Source of the DNA: the human T2T-CHM13v2.0 reference genome, Homo sapiens
Assembly: GCF_009914755.1 (NCBI RefSeq)
Contig: NC_060931.1
Length of the DNA stretch: 64,000 bases
Strand: one strand, 5' to 3'
Each line of letters opens with the position of its first letter. The first letter of the stretch is position 1. The notes below the pieces were generated by a model. The model was given only the letters and a program-made list of their open reading frames with translations, ran no database searches and was not told the origin of the DNA. Shown here in pieces: positions 1 to 12,914 of this stretch. Position numbers and translations under genes: made by a program.

Positions 1-478
1 CCTTGAAATATGACTATTTCAACTGAGGAACAGAATTTCAAATTTTACTTATAAACTGACGTGGTTTGGCTGTGTCCCCACCCAAATCTCACCTTAAATT
101 GTAGCTCCCATAATTCTCACCTGTTGTGGGAGGGGCCGGTGGGAGATAATTGAATCATGGGGGCGGTTTCCCCCATAATGTTCTCATTGTAGTGAATAAG
201 TCTCACGAGATCTGATGTTTTTATAAAGCGTTTCCCGTTTTGCTTGGCTCTCATTCCCTCTTGTGTGCTGCCATGTTAAGACGTGCCTTTTGCCTTCTGC
301 CATGATTGTGAGGCCTCCGTAGTCATGTGGAACTGTGAGTCCATTAAACCTGTTTTTCTTTATAAATTACCCAGTCTTGGTTATGTTTCCATCAGCAGAG
401 TGAAAACAGACTAATACATAAACCAACTTAAATTTGTGTGTGACACATGGCCAGCAGCTACCATATCAGACAGAGCAG
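1..478 (+). mobile_element. MER3 (hAT-Charlie MITE) 3' part, split by a THE1 LTR
   Basis: 1-56 (cttgaaat..actgaggaacagaatttcaaatttta) and 419-478 (..acacatggccagcagctaccatatcagacagagcag) follow the MER3 consensus on either side of the LTR. Confidence 0.75.
57..418 (+). mobile_element. THE1 (THE1B-like) MaLR solo LTR
   Basis: Starts TGAcgtggtttggctgtgtccccacccaaatctc, ends gtgaaaacagactaatACA; perfect 5-bp TSD TAAAC at 52-56 and 419-423. Confidence 0.95.
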
Positions 479-799
479 TTCCAAACAAGCAGTGCTTGTA
501 TTTCTTTTACGGATTCGATCTCCAAGTTATAGACTCTTGATTACAAGCATTCATACATTAGAAACAAAACTTTATAGGTGACCTGGATGCCCCAGCCATT
601 TTTGGGGTATAGGAATGCACATTTCCTTGAGTTCCCAGATTCTTGCTCACCACTCAGCCCTTGGGCTCTCAGCAGCCCCAATCCCAGAGCTACTTGGGGT
701 GTTACTAGGCCTTTCTGTCAATCTGTGTCCTCTGCAAGTAAGGAGAGAGAGGCAGCAGGGCAAAGATCTCAACATTTACCCAAGCCAACTCTGGGCCAG

Positions 800-1191
800 G
801 CTGTCGCAGGCTGAGTTCCCTGGGAAGTGGACTCAGATGGAGTTCAGTTCCTTAGGACTCATGCCTGTAGAAGGGCAGGGGAGGAATCAGGTTCTGGCAG
901 AAGGAGAAGTCAGGCTGGGATGTGGGTGCGATGACACCCCTTGGAGAGCTCTCGTCCTAGAGCGACCCTTCAAAGTCTCCTGAATGAGGTTGAAATGGCT
1001 GGGTCTTTACACTCCCACATTGGGCACTTCTTGGATATAGGCACTGGAAGTGGAGTGACCTTGAGTATGTGGCTCTGGGTGTATGAGCAATCTCTAAAGG
1101 GATTGACCGCTAAAGGTTGACAGCCTTTCTAGAACCTGGCAGCAAGTCTTTCCTTGCAGGGAGGTCTGGAAGGTGCACCACAGTGCCTACC
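800..1191 (-). mobile_element. ERVL LTR, LTR16A-like
   Basis: gttccctgggaag..ggcagaaggagaagt..cccttcaaagt..gcaccacagtg matches reverse LTR16-family landmarks. Confidence 0.6.
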
Positions 1192-1254
1192 ATGCGGGCA
1201 TTTGTCTGATGCAATCAAGGTTGCCAGTGATGGAATTGAGACAAGAGATCTAAT

Positions 1255-1330
1255 ACTTCCCCCAGAGCTACAAGAAGAGGCAGGACTAGAATCCAGACAG
1301 TTGTGACTGCAAAATTCATGCTCTTTCCTT
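1255..1330 (-). mobile_element. MIR fragment
   Basis: gcaggactagaatccagacag..tgactgcaaaattcatgctcttt resembles the reverse MIR tRNA-derived head. Confidence 0.5.
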
Positions 1331-2707
1331 ACCGCCAGGGAGCCCCACACATATCTCGTGCGGCAGGCCTACTGCCCTTCTCTTCTCCCAAAGGACCTCC
1401 CTGCTCCATCCTTCACCCCTCCCCCACCATAGGCTCTATCTTATTATCTAAAGTAAGTGAAGAACCCTTCTCTTTGTCCATTTGTTCAAAAGAAATGAAA
1501 GAAAGCTATTTATTTTCCACTTCTCAGTTTTTCTTTTTCATTTAATTACTGCTATCACAACAGGAATTTTTTTTTCTATTCCTTTTCATTGCAAATGTAT
1601 AGTACTTCATTGACATTATGAGTTAAATAGGCTTTTGTGGATAGCTAGAAACCCAGTCATCATTTATAACAGACAGGACTTCTCTGGAAATGGGTTCTGA
1701 ATTCTAAATAATTGCCTCAACAAATGAGATTTTGGAATGGAATTCATTGCAAAGCTGGAGACTTACATCTTTCTATTTTCCAGTCAGTTTTGCCTCTGAA
1801 TGGGCTTGCCATCTCTGCCCCCTACCCCAGCTACATCTGTCATTTTTAGACTGGATCCCCCAAATTGGATACCCTCAACTCCCATGATGAACGTTCAGAT
1901 TTCTCTGTCCCTTGTAGCCAGCCCCTGATACAAGATCGATGTTTGCCCCTTGATGTGCCCTGTGTAGGCTTGTATGAAGTCCAGAAACCCAACCAAGGGA
2001 CATCCAGTGTCCTTGGTGCTGGGATCATCCAGTCTTAGGCCCCAGTCTCAGTTCACGTTGGTAAAGTGAGACCCATTCTGCCACGTTTCCCTGAGGCTCT
2101 TTGCTTGGGCGCCTGGCACCAAATTAGAAATGAGCAATCAGGTGTGTGTGGTGTGTGTCAGCTTCCGAAACCACGAGGCTGCTAAACATGGGTGTGGAGG
2201 TAACACATTTGACTGACATCAGCATCTGTGTTCCATCCACCACCCCATCCACTGCCTCACTCTTGGAGCTTCTAGTGCTGCACAGTTGCCAAGGAAACTA
2301 GAAAAAGCTACTGTGCACAAGTCACCTCCTCCCCAGAGCTCATGGGAACACCCTCTTGGGGGGAGGGTGTGAAGAAGGAAGGAGCTGCTCTTCAGGTGGT
2401 TGTTCATGAGTGTGGATGACAATGCTGACTGACACCAGCCCCAAGTAGGTAGCTCCAGGCCGACTACCCTTCCAGAACCCTCCCCAAGGCTGGCTTTGTC
2501 TCCGTGTTGCCTGAGTCCCACACACCACCCTCTTTCATCTCACATTGCCATCAGTACCTACTCAGAAGAGATCTTTTCATTTTCAGGAAGTGAAAATTCC
2601 TTTACATCAAAAAGAATAGGGACTTCTGGTTTCATAGGTGAGGTCTCAAATACAGCTACTGTTTAGCTTGGCAGAGCTAACAGAAACATACAGTTTTAAA
2701 AACTACT

Positions 2708-3022
2708 GGCTAGGCGTGGAGGCTCATGCCTGTAATCCCAGCATTTAGGGAGGCTAAGGCAGGTGGATCACTTGAGGCCAGGAGTTCAAGACCAGCCTGG
2801 TCAATATGCTAAAACCCATCTCTACTAAAACAAAACAAAACAAAAATTAGCCGGGCATGGTGGTGCATGCCTATAATCCAGCTACTCAAGTGGCTAAGGC
2901 ATGAGAATTGCTTGAACCCAGGAGGTGGAGGTTGCAGTGAACTGAAGTTGCACCACTGCACTCCAGCCTAAGCAACAGAGTGAGACTACCACTCTGAAAA
3001 AAAAAAAAAAAAAAAGAAAAAA
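2708..3022 (+). mobile_element. Alu (S/J type), full length
   Basis: ggctaggcgtggaggctcatgcctgtaatcccagc.. dimer with A-rich linker and poly(A) tail. Confidence 0.95.
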
Positions 3023-3419
3023 GTAATTACTAGTTCCGTTTTGATCCCTCATTAAATTGAAGGAGAGAGGCCTGGATTTTTAGTGTTTACCATTCCTGGA
3101 TGGAGCTTTGCAGATCTGGTTCACGAGGAGCCATCTTTGGTTGTTGTTGGAATGACTTGCAGGGCTGGTCCTTAGTGCCCAGTGTGGACTGAGAGTCCGC
3201 TGTGTGGACAGCACTGGAGCTGGGCAGTGAGAGAGACGCCTTAGGGAACCTGAAGTCTCCCAGGGAACACAGAGCAGTGACACAGACTCAGGACGGCAGA
3301 GGCCGGGGCTGGAAGTGTGGTAAACAAAATGCTTTTGGCTGCATCCAGAGGAGGAAACGACCATCTTAGCTTGGATAACTGGCCAGGAATAGTGGCATCT
3401 GAAAGGAACCTAAAATACG

Positions 3420-3900
3420 TCACTCATTTACTCAAGTAAAACGGTTTGAGTTTCTCTCACTTACCAGACACTGTTCTAGGCATTAGATGGAAGAGCAGCA
3501 ATCCCTGCCCTCATGGAGCTTGCATTCGTATGCAATAATCACCACTTGCTGACAGATGTGCAGAGGCTGTGCTAAGTGCCTGACATACCTTATTCACTGA
3601 AATCTCAAATGTACTATGAGGTGAATATTATTATTATATCTGTTTGACAGAGGAGGAAACTGAGGCTAACAGAGGTTAAATAACTCACAGAAGAGCCGTG
3701 TCCTATGAGCCTTATGATGACTTTAGGAGGTCTTAGGAAATGCATCTGTCAGCCAGGCATGATGGATGTGAATGGGCGGAGTCCGGACTGTGAGGAGCCA
3801 TTGTGACATTCCTGCTCTGAGAGAATGGGTCTGGACTAGACTCTCAGCAGGGGATATGAACTTCGCAAAATAGGGAGGTGAGGTCACCTGCTAAGGTGGT
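3420..3900 (-). mobile_element. L2 fragments with an intervening MIR (about 3535-3700)
   Basis: L2 landmarks (ccagacactgttctagg, tccctgccctcatggagcttgcatt); MIR core gaggaaactgaggctaacagaggttaaataact. Confidence 0.65.
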
Positions 3901-4166
3901 AGTTGCCCTTGCATAAGTGTTTTAGGGGACAGCAGGGATTCTGAGGAGTATGGACAAGGCCTGAAGAAGCTTCTGTGGCTGTTTTCTAACCCACTCTTTA
4001 AAGGATCGTAGTGACTGTCTTTATCTCCAGGAAGACATTTATCAGCACTAACTATGGGTGTGGAATATGAGAAAAATCCTAGAAAGCAAGATTTCCTTGA
4101 AGTGTAGGGAAGAATTAACTATATTTTCTTATAGCTTACATTTCTCTGTCCATACAAAGAAATAAG

Positions 4167-4203
4167 GTGTGTGTACACACACACACACACACATGCACAC
4201 ACA
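4167..4203. repeat. (TG)n(CA)n microsatellite
   Basis: gtgtgtgtacacacacacacacacacatgcacacaca. Confidence 0.9.
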
Positions 4204-5148
4204 TATCACATTCAAAAGCAAATTCAACTTAGGCATCTAATAAATGCATGAATCGTGTATCTTTTTGGCTTTCAGGTCTCACATCATTTTTATTGTGTTA
4301 TTTAATAAGATCACTTTGATTATGATCATTAATCCATAAAAATAGTTTTCATATATATGTTGTATTTAAATAAATTTAAATATACCAAGGTCCTTGCTTT
4401 TTTTTCCTTTTCTAATCAAGTCCAAGATATCAGAATTACTCTTCAGAAAAATGTCAACTGAAACACAATTCTCAACTTCACTAATTATTCACGAACTCAG
4501 ATTTAAGATAGACTTTCTTCTTTCTTTTTTTTTTTAGACTAGATTCTCATCTAGGGGTCATGAAGGGGGAAAAAAATCAATGAGTAGCTATCACTTACTC
4601 TCAGAAGAGGGGTTCCTCTGCCTTCCCTGATTGGAGCTGTGAATAATTCAACACCATCCCAGGCTCCCTTTTCCTTTCTTGAGGTTGAGCTTATTAAAAT
4701 TACATGGCCAAAGGACACTGCTGAGGAGATGGCTGGTGCCCTCCATATCGGCTGTCAGGATCTCCAGTGCAGCCTCATAACAGCTTAAGCCCTTGCTCTG
4801 GGAGCACTGAGCTGCCACCAGCTAGGGGTGACCAATGGGTGAATGAAGATAGCAGTGGAGGAGCAGCCAGCTGTCTCCCCGGCTTGTATCATTTTCCTCC
4901 ATTCGCTCGGCATCCATCCTGGTGGGGTGTGGAAATGGAATGCTGTCTCCATGCTTACTATTGATCAACTTCGTCATCATTGTTGGCCTCATCATTAAGT
5001 ATTTATAGTTCACTGAGTGAAAGGTAAGTGCTGAACAGACGGGGCACCCCTTTTAGAAGCTTTCCAAGACTATAATTCATCTCCTTCAGTGAGATGGAGT
5101 CTCCAGAGACAGAATTTGAACAGTCCATGGATTAGAGTCAGTACTATC

Positions 5149-5265
5149 TTTTTTTTTTTTTTTTTTTTTGGTTGTGGGGGTGGAATTTGATTACATGACT
5201 AGGGATTTTTTTTGCAAAATGATGTGTGTGTGTGGTGTGTGTGTGTGTGTGTGTGTGTCTGTGTG
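5149..5265. repeat. T20 run (5149-5168) and interrupted (TG)n (5223-5265)
   Basis: Direct reading of the sequence. Confidence 0.9.
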
Positions 5266-5639
5266 AAACTTTTTTTTCATGGGTCAGTGTATGAAGTTTC
5301 TAGGACCAGGTAGGATTCAATTGGAGGCTGAATATGATGGAACCAAATCAGACTTAAAATTCCATGGACTCAGGTCAAGATTTTTTAAGAGTTGTCAGGG
5401 AGACGGAAACCTAACAGTAAATCCAGCTAATCTTGAAAAGAGGGAGGAAATTTGGGTCAGGCATTGTCACCGAATGCTACTCTGGCAGCATGCATTTGCC
5501 CATCCTCTGAATCCTGTAAGTCTCTGGTTTCAATCCTTCCCTGTAACCACCTACCCCATCCCCAGTTCCATGGAGCAGGGGAAACATCCTTTTCTTCCTC
5601 ATTACATTAATGGTTTCCCTTCCTATTATTTTCTCTTGC

Positions 5640-6610
<971 letters not shown>

Positions 6611-6770
6611 TCTTTCTTTTATTTGTCTCTACTGTCCTGTTACCTTACTTTTGCCATCTCTGAGTAGATCAGTGTCTTCAGTGGGTGTGCCACTTGGCCA
6701 AAGACTCCTTACTTCTCTTGTTACCCTCTTCACTTTCCCCCTTATTTAATCTTTTTCCACTCTTTAAAAA

Positions 6771-7096
6771 ATTTATTTTTTAATTTTTGAGACAGAGCCT
6801 TGCTCTGTCACTCAGGTTGGAGTGCAGTAGTGCAGTCATGGCTCACTGCAGTCTTGAAGTTCTGAGCTTAAGCAATCCTCCCACCTCAACCTCCCCAGTA
6901 GCTAGGACTACAGATGTGCTCTACTGCACCTGGCTAATTTTTATTTTTTATTTTTTGTAGATTACAAGACAGCTCAGAGGTTCTCTCATAGGACAGCAGA
7001 GGCTGAACCTTGAAGGCAGGTCACAGGGTCTCTCTGTGTTGCCCAGGCTGGTCTCAAATTCCTGGCCTCAAGTGATCCTCCTCCCTTGGCCTCCCA
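6771..7096 (-). mobile_element. AluJ, 5'-truncated, with about 61-bp foreign insertion
   Basis: Reverse Alu body from tttttgagacagagc to ggcctccca; non-Alu 6962-7022; degenerate TSD ctttttccactcttt / ctttcctactcttt. Confidence 0.9.
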
Positions 7097-7284
7097 CTTT
7101 CCTACTCTTTTAGATTTCTGTTGCAGGGCTAAAGAAATGGACAACCTTTGGATAAGAGCCACCAAGCCCTAAGTGATGTTCAGAAAGGAAAGCCCAGCAG
7201 CTACTTAAATGGGTTCAGGAACATTTGGGATTTTTCTCTCTTGAAGTTCTTTTACAGCTTGGGGAACTCCCAAGAGGACTGAGA

Positions 7285-7382
7285 CATTGTCCTGTTTGCC
7301 TCTGCATTTCCAGCGCCTAGAACAGAGCTGGTGCATACAGAAGGCAAGCAGCTCAGTGCATATTTATTGAATGAACAAACAA
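7285..7382 (+). mobile_element. L2 3' end
   Basis: ccagcgcctagaacagagctgg..tatttattgaatgaa. Confidence 0.65.
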
Positions 7383-7918
7383 AGCCTTCTCAAAGTTCAG
7401 GTTTCTTTGCCATGCTTTGGGGCTCCTGACCTAGAGCTCAAGAGAAGAAAAAAAAAAAAACACGACAAGGCTGCCAAGGAAGTTTGAAATTAATCTACAT
7501 TTTGCAATTTGTACAAAAATGTAATTAGATTCCTTCTCCAGAGGCAATCCATTAATGTAATCAATGATTGCAGTTACTCAGTATGTAACCTGAAAAAAAA
7601 ATTGCTGATGCCTCAGAAAAATAAACACTTGCTTAGTAAAATAATTCCGCACCCAGTGCCAGCCATTTCCTGTTTTCTTTTTCTATTTGACATGGTATCT
7701 CCTCTGCAGCATTCCTATTTAGAGACGGAAGCAAAGCCTGCTCCCTGGGGGCTGGAAGGGCCCTCTCTGCCACTGCATCTGCAAGGTGGAGACTTGCTGC
7801 TGCTTGGTGGAAACTGCACAGTGGCATGGCTCCCTCCACTGGCAGTTCTCCCACGGTCAACTAGCTGGGCTTCAGATAACTGACCACATGATCTAGCCTA
7901 GGCAGCATTGCTTTTTCT

Positions 7919-8730
7919 TTCTTTCCTTTTTCCCATCAACTTTTATTTTAAGTTCCGGGGCACATGTGCACGATGTGCAGGTTTGTTACATAGGTAAACA
8001 TGTGCCGTGGTGGTTTGCCAAACCGATCAACCCCTCACCTAGGTATTAAGCCCAACATCTATTAGCTATTCTTCCTGATGCTGTCCCTCCCCTTGCCACC
8101 CCCAACCCTACAGGCCCTGGTGTGTGATGTTCCCCACCCATGTTTCCATGTGTTCTCATCGTTCAGCTCCCACTTATAAGTGAGAACATGCGGTGTTTGG
8201 TTTTCTGTTCTTGCAATAGTTTGCTGAGGATAATGGCTTCCAGCTCCATCCATGTCCCTGCAAAGGACATGCTCTCTTTCCATTTTATGGCTGCATAGTA
8301 TTCCATGGTGTACATGTACCACATTTTCTTTATCCAGTCTATTATTGATGGGCATTTGAGTTGACTCTATGTCTTTGCTATTGTGAATAGTGCTGCAATG
8401 AACATATGCATGCATGTATCCTTATAATAGAAGATTTATATTCTTTTGGGTATATATTTAGTAATGTGATTGTTGGGTCAAGTGGTATTTCTGGTTCTAG
8501 GTCTTTGAGGAGTCGTCACACTGTCTTTCACAATGGTTGAACTAATTTACATTCCCACCGACAGTGTTAAAGCATTCCTTTTTCTCTGCAACCTTGCCAG
8601 CATCTGTTGTTACTTGACTATCTAATAATTACCATTCTGACGGGTGTGAGATGGTATCTCATTGTGGTTTTGATTTGCATTTCTCAAATGATCAGTGATG
8701 TTGCAAACTAAATCCAGCAGCACACAAGCA
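7919..8730 (-). mobile_element. L1PA (older, about PA8-13) 5'-truncated insertion with short 5' inversion
   Basis: Reverse L1 3'UTR/ORF2 end from T-rich tail to atcagtgatgttg; sense L1 ORF2 piece 8701-8729; perfect 16-bp TSD CAGCATTGCTTTTTCT at 7903-7918 and 8731-8746. Confidence 0.95.
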
Positions 8731-9339
8731 CAGCATTGCTTTTTCTATACATTTTAATTCTTAGTTGAAATAGAAGTAAAAATATGAATTAAATGCCAAT
8801 AAACCCATGTAACCTTAGAGGCTCAGCTTCCTTACTTCCTCTTTCTGTAGCTTTCTTCTCCTGCCAGAAAGCTTTCCCTGGCTCCATGGTGTTCATGGAT
8901 CTCCAGCCACCCTACTTTTACCAGCAGGCAGGGCTGTGTCCCATTAGGAGCCCTGAGCCCCCTGCTACAAAGCCCTTGGGGATCCAGCAGTCATGCCCCA
9001 AACTCAGGAAGCAGGAGATTAGTAATGGAGGCACCACAGCCTGATTGAGAGAAGCTTGAGGAGATGATCTGAGTACAGCTGTGAGCTGCCCTCCCTAAAA
9101 GCCAGAGGGGAGTGGATGATGCCACTCCCTTAGGTGGAAAGTTCTCTTGTAACTTGGAACAGATGGAGTGAGAGTGCATTGATTCGAATGTGGTCATCCT
9201 GGAGAAGTGTGTTAGTTCTGCGATTGAAACCTCAATCTTCCCTGCTCCTCTCTCCAAGGCAGATTGGGAGTCTCTCCTGTGAACACTGCTGTCAGCACAC
9301 TATTTAAGTTACAATTATTCACTGCTGTGCTTGTCTATG

Positions 9340-9450
9340 CTAGGGCAAGGGACATACATTTTTATCTTTTAATCCCAATGTCTGGTATGATATCTATCTG
9401 GCACATAGTAGGCATGAAAGACATTTCTTTAATCAAACAAAGAATGTGAG
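9340..9450 (+). mobile_element. L2 3' fragment
   Basis: agggcaagggac..atctggcacatagtaggc. Confidence 0.55.
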
Positions 9451-9979
9451 AGTGGTTGTTAGGTGCAGGATTAGCTCAAAGCCTAATGGGGGTGACCCAG
9501 GAAATTGCTGAAGGTCGAATTTCTATTGCTCTCAGCTGCGTGAGCACTGTTCTGAGAATAAATTTTCTCCATTTTTCCATATTAACCTTGGAAACCTTTC
9601 TCCAAGTGATAGTCCACCGTAAGCTCTTCTTCTATTTTGGGCTACTCCTTCTCAGGGTTCCTATGCATTTCGGCACAGGCACCTGTTAAGAGCTAGACTG
9701 GGGGTGTTGTAACTTCCATGTCCCACTGGGGTATGTGTTTTGTGAGGGAAGAGTCTTAGGTCCCTTGTAGCACAGATACCTTCAGGGAGCTGGGTGTTTA
9801 TATAGAGCCCTGAGCACTTTGACATGGACTTTTGCTGGTCAAAAGAAGGTTGAGAGCCCTATTCATTCCCATGAGTTCCCTATCAAAATGTACTTCTCCC
9901 TTTTGCAAAACTGGCAATGCCAAGTTCGACCTCTTTGACTTCATTGTGCATCTGTCCCTATCACATGAAATATTTCCCA

Positions 9980-10126
9980 GGGCAGAATTGTCAAACAGTG
10001 ATCCCAGGACCACCAGCATCAGAATTACCTGAGTGGGCTTGCAAAAATGCAGATCCTTATCCTGCCATTTCAGACTACTGATTTAAAGATTATTCCTTTG
10101 TGCTAGCCAAAGTTGGATAACTTCTG
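9980..10126. mobile_element. MER5-family hAT MITE
   Basis: tcccaggaccaccagcatcagaattacctg..cttgcaaaaatgcagatcc..cagactactga..aaagttggataacttctg. Confidence 0.7.
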
Positions 10127-10269
10127 TCTTCAGGCATGGGGAGTTGGTCCCCCTAGGTGCAGTAGTCCTCTCTGATGCTTCTAAAAAGATGTATGGTCCA
10201 GATTGCACTGGGAGAAGGTGACTACTCTCTTTTGCCTGCCTCTTGCTCGTCTACAGTTATATGTAAAGT

Positions 10270-10650
10270 CTGTGACAGGCATTTGTGGGGATAAAATATC
10301 AAGATACTGCCTCTGTTCTCTGTTGTGTAAAACTTAAAGTGTCTATATTCATAAACAAATCACTTCAATAAAGGGCACATTGGGGCAAATCAAATGCCAT
10401 GAAACATGGGGAGGAGAGATCATTTTGCTGAGGTTAGGATGATCTGGTGAGAGTTTTATGGGATTTCAAATTAGGCCTTGAACAATGGCTGGGACTTCCC
10501 AGACAAGAGGGAAACAAAGACTTTCTAGATTGATGTAGCAGCTTGATCAAGTCATGGAAATGAGGAGGCCAGAGGGATGTCTGAGCAGCAGAGAGGAGTT
10601 CTGTGTGGCTAGGAGGGAGAATGCAGGAGGCTGTACCATGAGAGGAGAGA
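10270..10650 (-). mobile_element. Degraded L2 fragments
   Basis: caaatgccatg, ttaggccttgaacaatgg, gagttctgtgtggctagg are typical reverse L2 motifs. Confidence 0.5.
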
Positions 10651-11622
10651 TGGATGCTGCTTAAAACTCAGGCACACCAGGGCTGTCTTCTGTGTCCAGG
10701 GTGGTGAGTCAGCTTTTCCAGCAGGATTAGATGTGATCATTCCCCCTCGTGCAGAACCTGGTCCGAGAATTTCCATGCCCATCACATTTCCTCATTCTGG
10801 GTTAATCAAACCCTAATTCCCCTTGCATCTTCTTGTACCCCATGCCCTCAAAATTGTTCTGTGCCATCTGCACTCTCGTCTATGTGGCAGAGCCAAGCCT
10901 TGATGAGAGAGCAGAGGACAGGCCAAGAAGAGAAACAGTTGGGTCAGTTCTGTGCCGTCTATGCAGACGTGGGAGGTGAATAATCTGAAACAGTGGGTGA
11001 TACAAAAGGCATTTATATTTGGCTTTGGAACGCACGACATGATTGCTGGCAGCGGGGGTAGCAGATTTATCTTCCTAATTAGGCAAATATTCAAATGAGT
11101 TGGCACTCTCTGAACAAGCCACCAAATCCTAAGGCCATGTAAAAAGAAATCCTAGGATCAATTTTCATTTCAATATGAGTATTATTTATGTTAGTACTAG
11201 TTGGAATGTTCTAGAGTATTAGCATTCAAAGCTTCCCATCACATTGGCCTCTATGGCGAATGGGCTTCCGTCGACACATCTTCATTTGTGACTGATTTTC
11301 CGTGAAGCTGGGAATGACCTTTACCAAATTTCAGAATCATTAAATGAAGCCTTCTGATTTATTGTGGTAAGGAATATGTTCTTATATTAATAATAGTTTA
11401 ATGGTTGGTGTAGAAGACTTGCTTGAAGAATCATTTCTGTGCCTGTGTTGCAGTGTACACAGCAGGCTAGAAACAGCCAATCACAATTCTAATTCCTTTT
11501 TGAACTTTAGCTTCCAGTAAAGTACAGTCAGATGTAAATTACTGCATATACTCTAAGCCCATGTGTAGACAGAACAGAATTTATAACCGTCAATAAAAAC
11601 ATTCATTTTAAGTTATTAATCT

Positions 11623-11720
11623 AATCATGGAATTTTATAGCTAGAAGTGACATTTGAGGTCATCTAATCTAACTTTATCATTTTAGTGATGAGGCCCAGA
11701 GAAATTTAAGGAACTTGAGG
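11623..11720 (-). mobile_element. MIR/MIR3 fragment
   Basis: aatcatggaattttatagctagaag..gaggtcatctaatctaac..gatgaggcccagaga. Confidence 0.6.
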
Positions 11721-12914
11721 ATGAAGTACTAAAGGTATTATGGGCTTTTATCCATGGGCTAGTCAAGGATAAAAAAGTGCATTTGTTGCTAAAACCAAAC
11801 CAAACCTCAAAATCCTCTGTGGATAATTCCAAACAGTTGATTGTCTATGCATATGTTAGTCCCCATACTTCATGGGGTACATGATGGAGAGGATACTCCT
11901 AATCATAGGGCTCATTATTGACCGAGCCCTAAGAAATTGCCAGGGCCTCGGATACAGTGAATAAGATAGGTGTGGCCCTTGCCCTTTGAATCTTACAATC
12001 TCCCCTAGACACGCAGTGCTTTCCTGCTGGCTTTCAGGCCTGTCTTGGCCGTCCCAGCTCAGCCTTCCCAGTCCTGGATGTGGGATAATCTTTAAGCCTG
12101 TCCACTGTTTAGTTTTCTGATGAGAGCAAACAGAGGAGTGTAACAGGGATTTTCTTCTCTCTGCTGGATCACCAGCAAGAGATGGGGACAAGAGAACCAG
12201 ACCAGAGCTCCCTAATTCCAGCTTCCAAATGTTCTCTGAGATGCAAACCTAGTCCACACCCCAGCCCCTTACCCCCACAGGTCCCTGTGAATATCTGGAG
12301 GTAGAGGGTAGAGGGAGCTCCAGTCTCAGAGAGGGTTTGTATTGAGTGGGAGAGGAAGAGGAAAGTTTCCCCAATATCACTGACTAAGCTGCTCCCAAAT
12401 TTGAGAAGTTACAGAGATTCGGTGCAGAGAAGCACAGAAAGGGAAAGAAGGGAAAGAGAGGAGAAAGCAGGTGCTTGTGTGCAAGTAGGGTGGGGTTACC
12501 AGGACCCCTGGGAAGAATTCCCAACAATCCTGAACATTACTTCTTTCTCCCCTGGCTGCAGATAGATGCAGCCCTTGGGAGGTAAGCAGGGGCACTGGGG
12601 CACTTTCTCTTGGCCCTGTGTGCAATGTCACAAGAAGATAACAGAACCAAACCACCTGCCTGCAGCCTCCATCTTCCCTCAAATATTGCAGGCCATTTGA
12701 AAAGGATCACCTCTATCTTCACTCCAGGGACAATTGCAGCACATGGGATGAGTGAGGAGTGGGAGAAAATAACCTGTGGTGAGGGAAGCCCTGGAGAGAA
12801 GCTGATTAGAAATGCCTTGAGAGTGGGAACAGTCAATGGGAAACTATTAAACAAAGCAGGAAAAAGAGGTGATTATTTATCTGATGCCCTGATGAGGGAA
12901 AGATTTTTCGAAGC

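Noticed and set aside
2587-2637. 51-nt AG..GT-bounded pseudo-exon (and similar sites near 20050-20110, 26070 and 28885-28920 on the minus strand)
   Set aside because: Such splice-like pairs are common in non-coding DNA and I could not chain them into a coherent reading frame
8062-8415. 117-aa ORF and similar ORFs at 61779-62293
   Set aside because: Off-frame or antisense translations of L1PA 3' ends, not host genes
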